A stretch of 49,154 nt of DNA from Patescibacteria group bacterium (GCA_040387635.1 JAZKDJ010000001.1:517193-566346), one strand, 5' to 3'. Counted from the first letter of the stretch, positions 1 through 8,808 are shown. The notes: generated by a model from the sequence alone, not told the origin. Program-made: numbers and translations.

Positions 1-1
1 G

Positions 2-190
2 GACAAACCTCTTTTCTTTTTGATAAACGGATACTCAGCAGGCTATTCTGCGATTGCATACGAAAATACACTCAAAGCTTTGGTAAAAAAATACGGCGGT
101 TCAATTGAGATTGGTGAGTTGGCTATTAGGGAAGCGGACAAAGAAGGCCGGCTTCTTCCTACAGGTATTTTTGCTAGGTGGCAGGTGTAA
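2..190 (+). CDS. 3' end of a probable class I SAM-dependent (rRNA) methyltransferase, truncated by window start
   Basis: Frame 2 is open to TAA at 188-190: DKPLFFLINGYSAGYSAIAYENTL...IGELAIRE...RLLPTGIFARW. Resembles the C-terminus of RlmI-like methyltransferases that often precede RluA genes. Not in the ORF track. Confidence 0.6.
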   Translation, partial: DKPLFFLINGYSAGYSAIAYENTLKALVKKYGGSIEIGELAIREADKEGRLLPTGIFARWQV

Positions 191-193
191 TAT

Positions 194-868
194 ATGAATA
201 TTAAAGTTCTCTACGAAGACAACCATCTCATCGCTGTCTACAAGCCAGCGGGTGTTCTTGTGCAGGATGATATTACTGGGGATGAGTCGCTCATGGATCA
301 AGTGAAGAAATATTTGAAGGAGAAATACCAGAAGCCAGGCAATGTATTCCTAGGACTTGTTCATCGTCTTGATAGGCCAGTATCTGGCGTTGTGCTTTTT
401 GCTAAAACTTCTAAAGGCGCAGCTAGAGTATCTGAACAATTTCGTGAGCGAGCAGTAGCAAAAACATATCATGCATGGGTTGAAGGAGTTCCAGCTGAGA
501 AAAAAGCGACACTCAATAACTATATTGTGAAGGACGAGAACATGGGTAAGGCGTTTGTGTATGACGAAGAAGAAAAGGGAAGCCTGTCAGCAGTATTGAG
601 CTATGAGGTAGTTGGTAAAGAAGAGTACAACAGCAAAACTTTTTCATGCCTCAAGATTAGTCTTGGAACCGGACGCTTCCATCAGATCAGAGCACAGCTT
701 GCGCACATGGGTCATCCTATCGCAGGTGATTTTAAATATGGCGCTCTACGAAGTCTTACCGATCAATCAATCAAACTTTGTGCTACATCTCTTGAATTCG
801 TAACTGCTACTACAGATGAAAGAAAAATAGTATCAGTAGATGTGCCGCCACTCCTTCCTCTTAATTGA
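194..868 (+). CDS. RluA-family RNA pseudouridine synthase
   Basis: Motifs YEDNHLIAVYKPAG, HRLDRPVSG (catalytic Asp), TGRFHQIRAQL and GHPIAGDFKYG. Confidence 0.95.
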   Translation: MNIKVLYEDNHLIAVYKPAGVLVQDDITGDESLMDQVKKYLKEKYQKPGNVFLGLVHRLDRPVSGVVLFAKTSKGAARVSEQFRERAVAKTYHAWVEGVPAEKKATLNNYIVKDENMGKAFVYDEEEKGSLSAVLSYEVVGKEEYNSKTFSCLKISLGTGRFHQIRAQLAHMGHPIAGDFKYGALRSLTDQSIKLCATSLEFVTATTDERKIVSVDVPPLLPLN

Positions 869-892
869 CAATTCACTTTTTGCGTGTATAAA
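865..892 (+). promoter_or_regulatory. sigma70-like promoter for the ClpN-domain gene
   Basis: TTGACA (865-870), 16-nt spacer, TATAAA (887-892). Confidence 0.55.
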
Positions 893-946
893 TTCATGCA
901 GACGCATTGAACCTTTTGCCTGTAATACAGGCAAAACACTTGAAAT

Positions 947-1828
947 ATGAAACTCGATATATCTGACCTGACGGCTCATGCCGATAAGGCTCTCGTTCTT
1001 GCGCGGAAGGAAGCGCAAAGGCTGGGTAGTCCAGCAGTGTCCTCCGCACACCTCGCTCTCGGACTGATTATTCTGTCGGAGAGTGCAGTGGGTGTGGTTC
1101 TCAAGCAAGCACCAGGCTTTGACTTGGATGTATTTCGGAGCCGTTTGGAAGCGGCAGTCTTGGAAAAAGGAACGGGACATAAGGATCCCGAACCGACGTA
1201 CGCCCCGCGAATTGGTAAGATTATTTATGCGGCTCGCGAACAAGCTGGATTTGCCAGCTCTCCACAAATTGACACTGGACATCTTTTTCTTGGAATTATT
1301 TTGCAGGCAGACAGCGCTGCAGCCAAGATCATTGCCGAACTCATTCCAAACAGGTCGCTCAATGAATGGCGCCAGCTTTTCAGGGTTCCGCCTCAATCGG
1401 GCGCCGAAGCCACGGTGTCTGTGAAGCCTGAGGACGAATATGTCCGGGAATGGAAAGGTATTCTCGATCTCCGCCCTGACGTCGGACCCAAGGCTTTGTA
1501 TAAAATTACGATCGAAGTCCAGGTGCAGGCGGTGAAGATGTTGGGCAGCGGGGACTACAATATCAGGGACAACTCTATCCTCTTGCAGGCTCTGGACAAC
1601 ATGGTGCAAAATTCCAGGAATGTAGACTTGCTGGAAGGGTGCGCTGAAGTGTACAGGCAACTGCTTGGTAAAGACGCTTTCTCACATTTGCGGGTGATTT
1701 GGCTCCAGCAGCCAAAGGAAGGCGAGACTGCCGAGCGTGGATTGGCAATGGTCATCCACACTCTGACGGGCGAGTTTCCTAAACGTGAACCAGTGGCGAA
1801 GGAGGTTTTGCCTCCGGATTCCGACTGA
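947..1828 (+). CDS. Clp protease N-terminal (double ClpN repeat) domain protein with unknown C-terminal domain; no AAA+ module
   Basis: Two ClpN repeats (ALVLARKEAQRLGSPAVSSAHLALGLI and IIYAAREQAGFASSPQIDTGHLFLGII). No Walker A/B motifs. Confidence 0.8.
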   Translation: MKLDISDLTAHADKALVLARKEAQRLGSPAVSSAHLALGLIILSESAVGVVLKQAPGFDLDVFRSRLEAAVLEKGTGHKDPEPTYAPRIGKIIYAAREQAGFASSPQIDTGHLFLGIILQADSAAAKIIAELIPNRSLNEWRQLFRVPPQSGAEATVSVKPEDEYVREWKGILDLRPDVGPKALYKITIEVQVQAVKMLGSGDYNIRDNSILLQALDNMVQNSRNVDLLEGCAEVYRQLLGKDAFSHLRVIWLQQPKEGETAERGLAMVIHTLTGEFPKREPVAKEVLPPDSD

Positions 1829-1852
1829 TTCAACTACGAGTACTTTTTACGG

Positions 1853-1884
1853 GGGTCGCAACAGCATGTTGCGACCCTTTTTTC
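1853..1884 (+). terminator. intrinsic terminator
   Basis: GGGTCGCAAC-AGCAT-GTTGCGACCC followed by a T-run. Confidence 0.85.
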
Positions 1885-1915
1885 ATTTTTATCTTTTTGT
1901 GCTAATCTGACCCTT

Positions 1916-2806
1916 ATGTCCACTACTCCTAAAGCCGCAGCAACTATAATCGATTGCCGTCCCATCCGAGCAGAACGCAAGGAGGCTCTCGTTACTTATA
2001 TCGCTTCATGTGCAGAGCTTGGCCGTGCGGTACCGACACTCGCCATTGTTCAGGTAGGCGACAGACCGGACTCAACTGCTTTCATCAAAGCTAAGCAAAA
2101 GTTTGCCGATGAGATTGGAGCTCAGGCAGTTTTCAAACATCTTCCAGAGACGGCATCACAACGTGAACTTGTCGAACTCGTATCTGCTATTTCTGCGGAC
2201 AAAAGTATTCACGGCGTCATTGTTCAGCTTCCTTTGCCGCTTCATCTAAACAAGGATGAGATCATTGATGCTATTCATCCTTCAAAAGATGTAGATGGCC
2301 TTACGTCTCATAACACCAAAGCACTCTGGGAGGGTAAGGAGAATTGCATAACGCCGGCAACAGCACGAGGAGTTTTGGAAATTTTTGATTATCAGAATAT
2401 TTCACTCGAAGGCAAACATGTCGTGATGATGGGAAGATCTTCGCTTGTAGGGAAGCCTGTGGCGCTTTCATGTCTTCATAGAGGAGCGGCTGTTACTATT
2501 GTTCACACCAAGACTGAGAATCCTCAGGCTATTACCAAATCAGCCGATGTTCTCATTGTTGCCATTGGTAAGCCACATTTTGTTACTAAGGATTACGTAA
2601 GTGAAGGACAGATTGTTATCGATATTGGTATCACTCCTATTGATCAGGGTGGCAAAATTAAAACTGCAGGTGACGTTGACTCAGAGGGTATTAAGAATAT
2701 AGTTAGTGCCTACACTCCGGTGCCGTATGGCGTTGGACAGATGACTGTCTTGGCGCTTTTCGAAAATCTGATTGACGCGCACCAGAGGCAGTATGGTAAA
2801 ATGTAG
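1916..2806 (+). CDS. folD: bifunctional methylenetetrahydrofolate dehydrogenase/cyclohydrolase
   Basis: HGVIVQLPLP, KDVDG, TPATARG, GRSSLVGKP, GDVD and TPVPYGVGQMT motifs. Confidence 0.95.
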   Translation: MSTTPKAAATIIDCRPIRAERKEALVTYIASCAELGRAVPTLAIVQVGDRPDSTAFIKAKQKFADEIGAQAVFKHLPETASQRELVELVSAISADKSIHGVIVQLPLPLHLNKDEIIDAIHPSKDVDGLTSHNTKALWEGKENCITPATARGVLEIFDYQNISLEGKHVVMMGRSSLVGKPVALSCLHRGAAVTIVHTKTENPQAITKSADVLIVAIGKPHFVTKDYVSEGQIVIDIGITPIDQGGKIKTAGDVDSEGIKNIVSAYTPVPYGVGQMTVLALFENLIDAHQRQYGKM

Positions 2807-2853
2807 GTCAATTATCAATAAAGCCGGCAAGCAATAGGTTTGCCATTAAAAAT

Positions 2854-3699
2854 ATGAATCCAGAAACAACAACGCAGACATGGAAGAGTTATGTGTGGAG
2901 AATAGCGGCCGTCGTTGGCGTGCTCCTTGCTATATACCTCATCGCACTCGCTATAAGCGAATTCGCATCGATTAAGTATGTAGGACGAACACACATAGGT
3001 CCTTCTACGATTTCAGTGCAGGGTAAGGGCGAGAAGTCAGTACAGCCTGACATCGCAGTATTTACATACTCAGTATCTGAGCAGGCAAAGACAGTAGCTG
3101 AAGCACAGACAAAGGCTACAGCAAAAACTAACAAGGTTCTTGAGGCCCTTAAGGCAAACGGAGTAGAGGATAAGGATATTACGACTGTGTCATACACAAT
3201 CAATCCTGAATACACAACTACTCAGACTCCATGTTTTGACGCTCCAGTATCAGCAGGATCAGTTCGATCAATCGCAGGATGTACAAACTCAAACACTTCG
3301 CTCAAGGGCTACGTTGTAGCACAGTCAGTGGAAGTGAAGGTGCGACAGCTTGAGAACGCAGGAAAGCTCTTCGAGACAGTAGGTTCACTCGGAGTACAGA
3401 ATGTTTACGGACTTTCATTCTCAGTTGATAACCCAGAAGAGGTTAGAGCTGAAGTTCGAAGCCTAGCTATCGAAGATGCTAAGAAGAAGGCAGAGAAGCT
3501 TGCTCGAGATCTAGGAGTTGACCTTGAGAAAATCCAGTACTTCTACGAAGACCAGGGATATCCTCAGCCAATGTACGAGTCATACGCACGTGACGCAATG
3601 TCAGCAAAGGGAGGTGTCATGATGAACCAGGCTCCTCAGATCCCATCTGGTGAGCAGAAAGTTGTATCAAACGTTACAATTACTTACGAAATAGAATAA
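2854..3699 (+). CDS. SIMPL/DUF541 (BP26/YggE-like) domain protein with N-terminal membrane anchor
   Basis: N-terminal TM helix, then ISVQGKGEKSVQPDIA, AIEDAKKKAEKLA and IPSGEQKVVSNVTITYEI. Confidence 0.9.
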   Translation: MNPETTTQTWKSYVWRIAAVVGVLLAIYLIALAISEFASIKYVGRTHIGPSTISVQGKGEKSVQPDIAVFTYSVSEQAKTVAEAQTKATAKTNKVLEALKANGVEDKDITTVSYTINPEYTTTQTPCFDAPVSAGSVRSIAGCTNSNTSLKGYVVAQSVEVKVRQLENAGKLFETVGSLGVQNVYGLSFSVDNPEEVRAEVRSLAIEDAKKKAEKLARDLGVDLEKIQYFYEDQGYPQPMYESYARDAMSAKGGVMMNQAPQIPSGEQKVVSNVTITYEIE

Positions 3700-3719
3700 G
3701 TAGGGTAAGGAAAGAAGGT

Positions 3720-3749
3720 TTGACTTTATAGTCTCAAATGAGGTACTAT
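3720..3749 (+). promoter_or_regulatory. sigma70-like promoter of secE-nusG-rplK
   Basis: TTGACT, 18-nt spacer, TACTAT. Confidence 0.55.
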
Positions 3750-3816
3750 AGCCATTAAGCCCCGGGGTAGGGGTTTTTTGGTACAAAAAAATAAGTGCTA
3801 AAAAAACAAAATCTCC

Positions 3817-3993
3817 ATGAATTTCATCAATTATATTAAAGAAAGCCGAGCAGAAATGATTCACGTTAAGTGGCCTACAAAGTCACAGGCGTTTGGATAC
3901 TCAGTGCTCGTAGTCATCGTTTCTGTAGGAGTCGCCGCATTCCTCGGACTATTTGATTATGTGTTCTCAACGCTCCTTAAGCTTATCGTTTAA
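3817..3993 (+). CDS. secE: preprotein translocase subunit SecE (58 aa, missed by the ORF track)
   Basis: Translated by hand: MNFINYIKESRAEMIHVKWPTKSQAFGYSVLVVIVSVGVAAFLGLFDYVFSTLLKLIV. Has the EMxxVxWP motif, one TM helix, and lies directly upstream of nusG. Confidence 0.95.
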   Translation: MNFINYIKESRAEMIHVKWPTKSQAFGYSVLVVIVSVGVAAFLGLFDYVFSTLLKLIV

Positions 3994-4049
3994 GTTGCTC
4001 TTTAAGTCACTTAGGGTTGAATTAATCAGCCAATTTATCTCACACTATT

Positions 4050-4595
4050 ATGTCAAAACAGCAAGCAGGAGGTGCAAGAAACTGGTACGCCATCCATACC
4101 TATGCAGGGTATGAGAATGCTGTTGCCCGAAACCTCAAACAGCGAATTGAATCCCTCGGTATGGAAGACAAAATCTTCAATGTCATTGTTCCTACTGAAA
4201 AGAAGATCAAAATCAAGGGAGGCAAGCGTGTAGAAGAGGAAGAGAAGATCTACCCTGGATATATTCTCGTGGAAATGGTTGTGACCGACGACTCATGGTA
4301 CGTGGTGCGAAATACTCCTCGCGTTACAGGATTCGTAGGAGCAGGAGTTCATCCAGTACCTCTTGATAAGACTGAAGTTGACTCTTTGTTTGCTCGAATG
4401 AATGCTGCTGACGTTAAGCACACGATCGACCTCGTTGCTGACGATATGGTGAAGATTGTCGATGGTCCATTCAAGGATCTCGAAGGTAAGGTTGCAGAAG
4501 TTGACGACAGCCGAGGTAAAATCAAGGTACTTGTGGCCATGTTCGGCCGCGAAACGCCAGTGGAGCTTGATTTCTTGCAAGTAAAGAAATTATAA
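4050..4595 (+). CDS. nusG: transcription termination/antitermination factor NusG
   Basis: WYAIHTYAGYE, YPGYILVEM, VRNTPRVTGFVG, KOW domain and FGRETPVEL. Confidence 0.98.
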   Translation: MSKQQAGGARNWYAIHTYAGYENAVARNLKQRIESLGMEDKIFNVIVPTEKKIKIKGGKRVEEEEKIYPGYILVEMVVTDDSWYVVRNTPRVTGFVGAGVHPVPLDKTEVDSLFARMNAADVKHTIDLVADDMVKIVDGPFKDLEGKVAEVDDSRGKIKVLVAMFGRETPVELDFLQVKKL

Positions 4596-4684
4596 GGTAT
4601 TCTCTACGTTACCTCAGCTTCTAGAGGGCGTGACAGAAAAGTGACACAAAAAAGCGACTCAGATTTCCAAAAACTATAACAAAT

Positions 4685-5110
4685 ATGGCTAAAAAAATTA
4701 TCAAACAACTAAAGCTCCAGATTCCTGCAGGAAAGGCCAACCCGGCTCCTCCAGTAGGTCCTGCGCTTGGTCAGGCCGGCATCAACATCGGTGACTTCGT
4801 AAAGAAGTTTAACGACGCGTCCAAAGACAAGATGGGCGACATCGTACCGGTTGTGATTACGGTATACGACGACCGAAGCTATGATTTCGTTTTGAAGACA
4901 CCTCCAGCTTCCAGCCTCATTCTCAAAGCCATTGGCGTAGAGAAGGGAGCGGGCAAGCATGCTCAGAAAAAGGCAGGATCAATTACTCGAGCTAAGATTC
5001 GAGAAATTGCAGAAAAGAAAATGCCTGACCTCAACGCAAACGACATCGAAGCAGCGATGAAGATCATCGAAGGCTCATGCCGATCAGCGGGGGTTGATAT
5101 CAAGGGATAG
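4685..5110 (+). CDS. rplK: 50S ribosomal protein L11
   Basis: [27 protein letters not shown] and KMPDLNA. Confidence 0.98.
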   Translation: MAKKIIKQLKLQIPAGKANPAPPVGPALGQAGINIGDFVKKFNDASKDKMGDIVPVVITVYDDRSYDFVLKTPPASSLILKAIGVEKGAGKHAQKKAGSITRAKIREIAEKKMPDLNANDIEAAMKIIEGSCRSAGVDIKG

Positions 5111-5131
5111 TTAAATCCTTCATACGAACCT

Positions 5132-5174
5132 ATAACAAAAACCACTCTAATGAATTTAGAGTGGTTTTTGTTAT
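5132..5174 (+). terminator. intrinsic terminator after rplK (19-bp perfect inverted repeat)
   Basis: ATAACAAAAACCACTCTAA-TGAAT-TTAGAGTGGTTTTTGTTAT. Confidence 0.8.
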
Positions 5175-5220
5175 TGTTTGATGTATAGTTTACCCAGAGA
5201 AACATCATGAGAGGGGGTCT

Positions 5221-5526
5221 ATGATTACTATCAAAAATCCAGCGAAACTGGCGGATGAAATTCGAAGGATTGCTCGTCAGGGTGCGGAGCATCCCTACAA
5301 CGCCTTTGCTGCCGAAGTAGAGAAGCTCGAGGAGCGAGATTATGAGCATCCCGAATTCATCGAAAAGTTTTGCGAGATGCTCCTCGTGGCGGTGGGAAGC
5401 GCTCCTTCAGACCAGACTGTTCAGCTACGACTCAATCTTTCCGACCTTGTTGATGTTTTGGTTGATCTCGAGAATGGCGATGTTGTGGAAGGAAACGTTC
5501 GATCTCGAATGGGGTGGGTTACGTGA
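5221..5526 (+). CDS. hypothetical protein (101 aa)
   Basis: ORF with ATG start, GAGGGG upstream, protein-like composition, bounded by terminators on both sides. Confidence 0.65.
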   Translation: MITIKNPAKLADEIRRIARQGAEHPYNAFAAEVEKLEERDYEHPEFIEKFCEMLLVAVGSAPSDQTVQLRLNLSDLVDVLVDLENGDVVEGNVRSRMGWVT

Positions 5527-5536
5527 TCTACTTATC

Positions 5537-5569
5537 AAAAAAGCGCGCGTTCGCAGACGCGCGCTTTTT
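5537..5569. terminator. bidirectional intrinsic terminator
   Basis: AAAAAAGCGCGCGT-TCGCAG-ACGCGCGCTTTTT between convergent genes. Confidence 0.85.
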
Positions 5570-5584
5570 CTTTGTTTGAGAGTT

Positions 5585-6121
5585 CTAAAGATCCCCGTGA
5601 TACTCAACCTTGTATTCCAAGAGGAGAGTTCCGGTTGCTTCGTTCACTTTGGCGCCCACTGGCTTCAGATGATGATTCAAAGGTTCATTGAAGAGGGTGA
5701 TGCCCTGTCCAAAGAAAAGAGGTTCGATGGTGAGGAACACTCTATCGACAACTCGCGCTTTCATAAAGCTGGTGTAAATCTGGGAGCCTCCACAGATCGC
5801 TACTTCCTTGATGCCTCGTGCTTCGAGGTCAGCGAGCAAATCTTTTGGATCTGCTTGGGTGTATTCAACCTTCTCAAAATCAGGCCGTACGGATACTCCT
5901 GCTTCAGGAGGTTTTCTCGTGTATACGATATTGAGGCGATCCTGAAGCGGACGGGAGAGAGTCTTGAAGGTGGTTGACCCCATGATGACAACTCCTGCGC
6001 GTTTAGTAAGTTCAACGAACCGAGCTTTGTCTTCTTTGCTGGTCCAGATGGCAGAATGTGCGGCGTCCTTGGCGATGAAGCCGTCTGCTGTAACTGCGGC
6101 GATGATGAATGCTTTAATCAT
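5585..6121 (-). CDS. folA: dihydrofolate reductase (DHFR/RibD-C fold)
   Basis: IAAVTADGFIA, W-x-S-x-E-D-x-x-x-F, VIMGSTTF, RPLQDRLNIV, ICGGSQIY and FGQG. Start taken at ATG 6121 (MIKAF). Clustered with thyA. Confidence 0.85.
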   Translation of the reverse strand: MIKAFIIAAVTADGFIAKDAAHSAIWTSKEDKARFVELTKRAGVVIMGSTTFKTLSRPLQDRLNIVYTRKPPEAGVSVRPDFEKVEYTQADPKDLLADLEARGIKEVAICGGSQIYTSFMKARVVDRVFLTIEPLFFGQGITLFNEPLNHHLKPVGAKVNEATGTLLLEYKVEYHGDL

Positions 6122-6171
6122 ATGGATATAGTCTAGCATGAGTCTATCACGAGATTAATATGCAAAATATA

Positions 6172-6217
6172 TAAAAGAAAAAGGCCGGCTCGCTGTTGGT
6201 TATTGGCGAGCCGGCCT
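6172..6217 (-). terminator. intrinsic terminator of the 6239-6790 HIT gene
   Basis: AGGCCGGCTCGC...GCGAGCCGGCCT stem with an A-run on its left (U-run on the minus strand). Confidence 0.8.
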
Positions 6218-6238
6218 CTGCATGTCTGGAGCAAATGT

Positions 6239-6790
6239 TTACGCAGCCGTTTTAACGGGTGGCACCCAATCGGGGTGATAAATGGATTGGCCACTCATCA
6301 AGCGGCTTCGAAGTTCATCGGGCAAATAGACTGTAGCGACCACAGGCCCGGTCTTGTCCGCCACATGAATGTGGGCGTGTGCGTGCACCATGGTGCCGCC
6401 GCTTCCGGAGAGTGGTCCGAATCGATGAGCAACCATACCAGCTTCAACTTGATATTTATTCTGGACCCATTCGACAATTCGGAACAGCTCGTCCATCATT
6501 CCAGGGACAGCATTCAGTTCCCGCATGTTCGTCAGGTGCTTTTTGGCAGCCATGACGAAGTGATGCTGCTGGTGCGGATACGGTGTATCGTTCAGCTTGA
6601 GCCACCAGTGCTCCCAAAGATGCGGCTCGATAGGCTTGTTCTTGAGTGTGTGGATGTGCGGCTCACAGAAGGCACATCGACCCGTTTTCTCATCGCTCGC
6701 TAACTGCCTTCGATATCCTGCATCGACGGCATGGCCTGCTCTGCCGATCACTTCAGGCTCTTCAGACTTTTGGTCTTCTGCCATAATCAA
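6239..6790 (-). CDS. HIT-family nucleotide hydrolase/transferase (diverged paralogue of 8341-8799)
   Basis: CAFC zinc motif, NDTPY, KKH, and RFG...GGTMVHAHAHIH histidine triad. Confidence 0.8.
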   Translation of the reverse strand: MIMAEDQKSEEPEVIGRAGHAVDAGYRRQLASDEKTGRCAFCEPHIHTLKNKPIEPHLWEHWWLKLNDTPYPHQQHHFVMAAKKHLTNMRELNAVPGMMDELFRIVEWVQNKYQVEAGMVAHRFGPLSGSGGTMVHAHAHIHVADKTGPVVATVYLPDELRSRLMSGQSIYHPDWVPPVKTAA

Positions 6791-6807
6791 TATTCTTTCT
6801 GGCGTTT

Positions 6808-6877
6808 ATACTACCCACTAAAGACACAAAGTCAACGAATGGCTAGATTGACCATGGTCTTTTTGATTATGTATACT
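6808..6877. promoter_or_regulatory. back-to-back sigma70-like promoters
   Basis: Plus strand: TTGACC(6848)-N18-TATACT(6872-6877). Minus strand: TTGACT(6835-6830)-N16-TAGTAT(6813-6808). Confidence 0.55.
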
Positions 6878-6915
6878 TAGCGTACAATCCGCATAACAGA
6901 AACACTTTTTACACC

Positions 6916-7512
6916 ATGTCAAAGACAACCATCAAAAATCTCTTTAGCTTCAACTCGGACGTCAAAACTCGATATGTCCAAAATCATGAGGAGCTCAAAA
7001 AGACTATCGATCTTTGTAAGAAGATGGGATACAGGATCGTGCTCACACAAGGAGTCTTTGATCTTATTCATGAGGGTCACGCAAACTATTTAGAGAAGGC
7101 GAGAGCGTATGGCGATATGCTTATTGTTGGCATTGATTCCGATGAGCTGACTCGAAAACGAAAAGGACCCAACCGCCCGATTGTTCCTCAGAGTGAACGA
7201 ATCCGCATGCTTTCGCATCTTCGACACGTGGATATTATTGCTTTGCGAGACCTTGATCATGATATAGGTCATCTCATCCGGGTTATTGAACCTGATGTAT
7301 TGGTTGTTTCTGAGACTACTAAGGACTTTGGAAAAAAGCTTCAGATGGAATATAAGCCATTCTGCAAAAAAATTGTTATCTTGCCTGCTCAAGGAACAGC
7401 ACATACGTCAGCTCGAATTCGAAATCTTACTATAGAAGGTGCAGAACAGCTTGCGACTGAGATCAGCAAAATCACTCAGGATTTTATTAAGAAAATTAGG
7501 AATGCAAAATAA
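6916..7512 (+). CDS. cytidylyltransferase-like nucleotidyltransferase (TagD/RfaE-II/RibL, HIGH superfamily)
   Basis: TQGVFDLIHEGH, GIDSD, KGPNRPIVPQSER, PDVLV and TSARI. Confidence 0.9.
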   Translation: MSKTTIKNLFSFNSDVKTRYVQNHEELKKTIDLCKKMGYRIVLTQGVFDLIHEGHANYLEKARAYGDMLIVGIDSDELTRKRKGPNRPIVPQSERIRMLSHLRHVDIIALRDLDHDIGHLIRVIEPDVLVVSETTKDFGKKLQMEYKPFCKKIVILPAQGTAHTSARIRNLTIEGAEQLATEISKITQDFIKKIRNAK

Positions 7513-8338
7513 AACGGCGCTTGTTTGCTATGTTCCAGTTCTGCATGAGGGGTATATAAAGTTCTTCAGCAAATACCCAGGTGCAACTCTTTATATTTTA
7601 GGACGTGACGTGATCATTGATTATTTGTCGCTTGTTCGAGATCCTCGAGGAATGGATCCTGAGGTTTTGAAGACGCCAATTGAATCGTTGGGAATTTTTA
7701 GTGAAGTGAAGGTACTTACGAAAAAGGACCTTGAGAATTTTTCAATTGAAAATATTGTCATGCCTGACGAAAATGTCACTCGAGATTTGGCGGCTAAATA
7801 CTTTGTTGGGAAAAAAGTGGTATTTGAATCAGTTTTCCTTCGTTGGGATCAGATCAAGTCTACAACTGAGTTCGTAGTTCCTGCTGATCGTGTAATATCA
7901 ACCGATGAGGCTGACAAAGAGATTATGGCTAAAGCTATGAAGGTAGCAGACCGTAGCCCTGATTGGTGGCGCCAGATTGCGGCTATTATCATTAAAGATG
8001 GGAAAGTTGTTTCAGAAACTTACAACACACATTTGCCATCTGATTTTCATCTTCAAAAAAATGGTGATCCACGAAGTAATTTTAACGCTGGCGAAATGCA
8101 GCAGATTTTCACCTCCATTCACGCAGAAGCTCGTGGTATAGCTGAGGCCGCAAACAAGGGAATAAGTCTGGATGGGGCAGTAGCTTATGTAACGACGTTT
8201 CCATGTCCTAACTGTGCACGACTAATGATGTTTGCTGGTATCAAAAAAGTCTATTACTCCAAAGGCTACTCACTCCTTGATGCTGAGAACATTTTGAAGA
8301 TTGCTGGAATTGAGATCGTGATGGTGAAGATGGATTAG
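7502..8338 (+). CDS. dCMP deaminase-family protein with an N-terminal degenerate nucleotidyltransferase-like domain
   Basis: C-terminal HAE and PCPNC zinc motifs with IKKVYY. The N-terminal ~130 aa start YVPVLHEGY, similar to FDLIHEGH of the upstream gene. ATG at 7502 overlaps the upstream stop. Confidence 0.88.
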   Translation: MQNKTALVCYVPVLHEGYIKFFSKYPGATLYILGRDVIIDYLSLVRDPRGMDPEVLKTPIESLGIFSEVKVLTKKDLENFSIENIVMPDENVTRDLAAKYFVGKKVVFESVFLRWDQIKSTTEFVVPADRVISTDEADKEIMAKAMKVADRSPDWWRQIAAIIIKDGKVVSETYNTHLPSDFHLQKNGDPRSNFNAGEMQQIFTSIHAEARGIAEAANKGISLDGAVAYVTTFPCPNCARLMMFAGIKKVYYSKGYSLLDAENILKIAGIEIVMVKMD

Positions 8339-8340
8339 AT

Positions 8341-8799
8341 TTATCCAACTCTCGCAACTAAACCGCTCCACTCTTTTTTCTTGGTGTAATCTGGATCGCT
8401 TGGATCTGATTGAATGATATGTGCGTGCAGGTGGCTTACTGAAGCTCCTGTATATTGTGTGTCGCCAAAGCGCATCATGAGAGCGCCTCCTGTTATATTG
8501 CGTTCTTTGCACACCTCGTCCATGAGGTCTTTGAGTTCAAGCCATGCTTCTTTCGAGAGTTCGCTTTCGTGCTTGATGTGATCCTTATGTATTAGAAGGA
8601 TATGGTGCTTGGTGGGCTTGTAGGGATACATGTTATCCGTGACTTTCCAGAATTTGGTTTCTTTAAGAATCGGATTTTTATGGTAATTTTCGAGTTGTTC
8701 TGGACAGAACGGGCAAACGCCGTCTTGTTTAATTTTATTGATAGTCTCTTCATATTTAGTTCCCGGGCGGGCGTTGTTGAGGTTTACGAAGTCACTCAT
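8341..8799 (-). CDS. HIT-family nucleotide hydrolase
   Basis: CPFC, NMYPY, HILLIHKDH and RFG...GASVSHLHAHII. Confidence 0.9.
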   Translation of the reverse strand: MSDFVNLNNARPGTKYEETINKIKQDGVCPFCPEQLENYHKNPILKETKFWKVTDNMYPYKPTKHHILLIHKDHIKHESELSKEAWLELKDLMDEVCKERNITGGALMMRFGDTQYTGASVSHLHAHIIQSDPSDPDYTKKKEWSGLVARVG

Positions 8800-8808
8800 G
8801 GTTTTGGA

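Noticed and set aside
833-6703. Long antisense or alternative-frame ORFs (833..1660, 5342..5977, 6203..6703) and similar shadows across the window
   Set aside because: They overlap genes with recognisable motifs and have none of their own.
7439-7501. Longer start for the deaminase given in the ORF track
   Set aside because: It overlaps the upstream gene by 74 nt. ATG 7502 gives a typical short coupling overlap.
7502-8338. Deaminase as an anti-phage dCTP-depleting enzyme (AvcD/Dcd type)
   Set aside because: It lacks the N-terminal P-loop kinase domain of those enzymes and sits in a thymidylate biosynthetic context.
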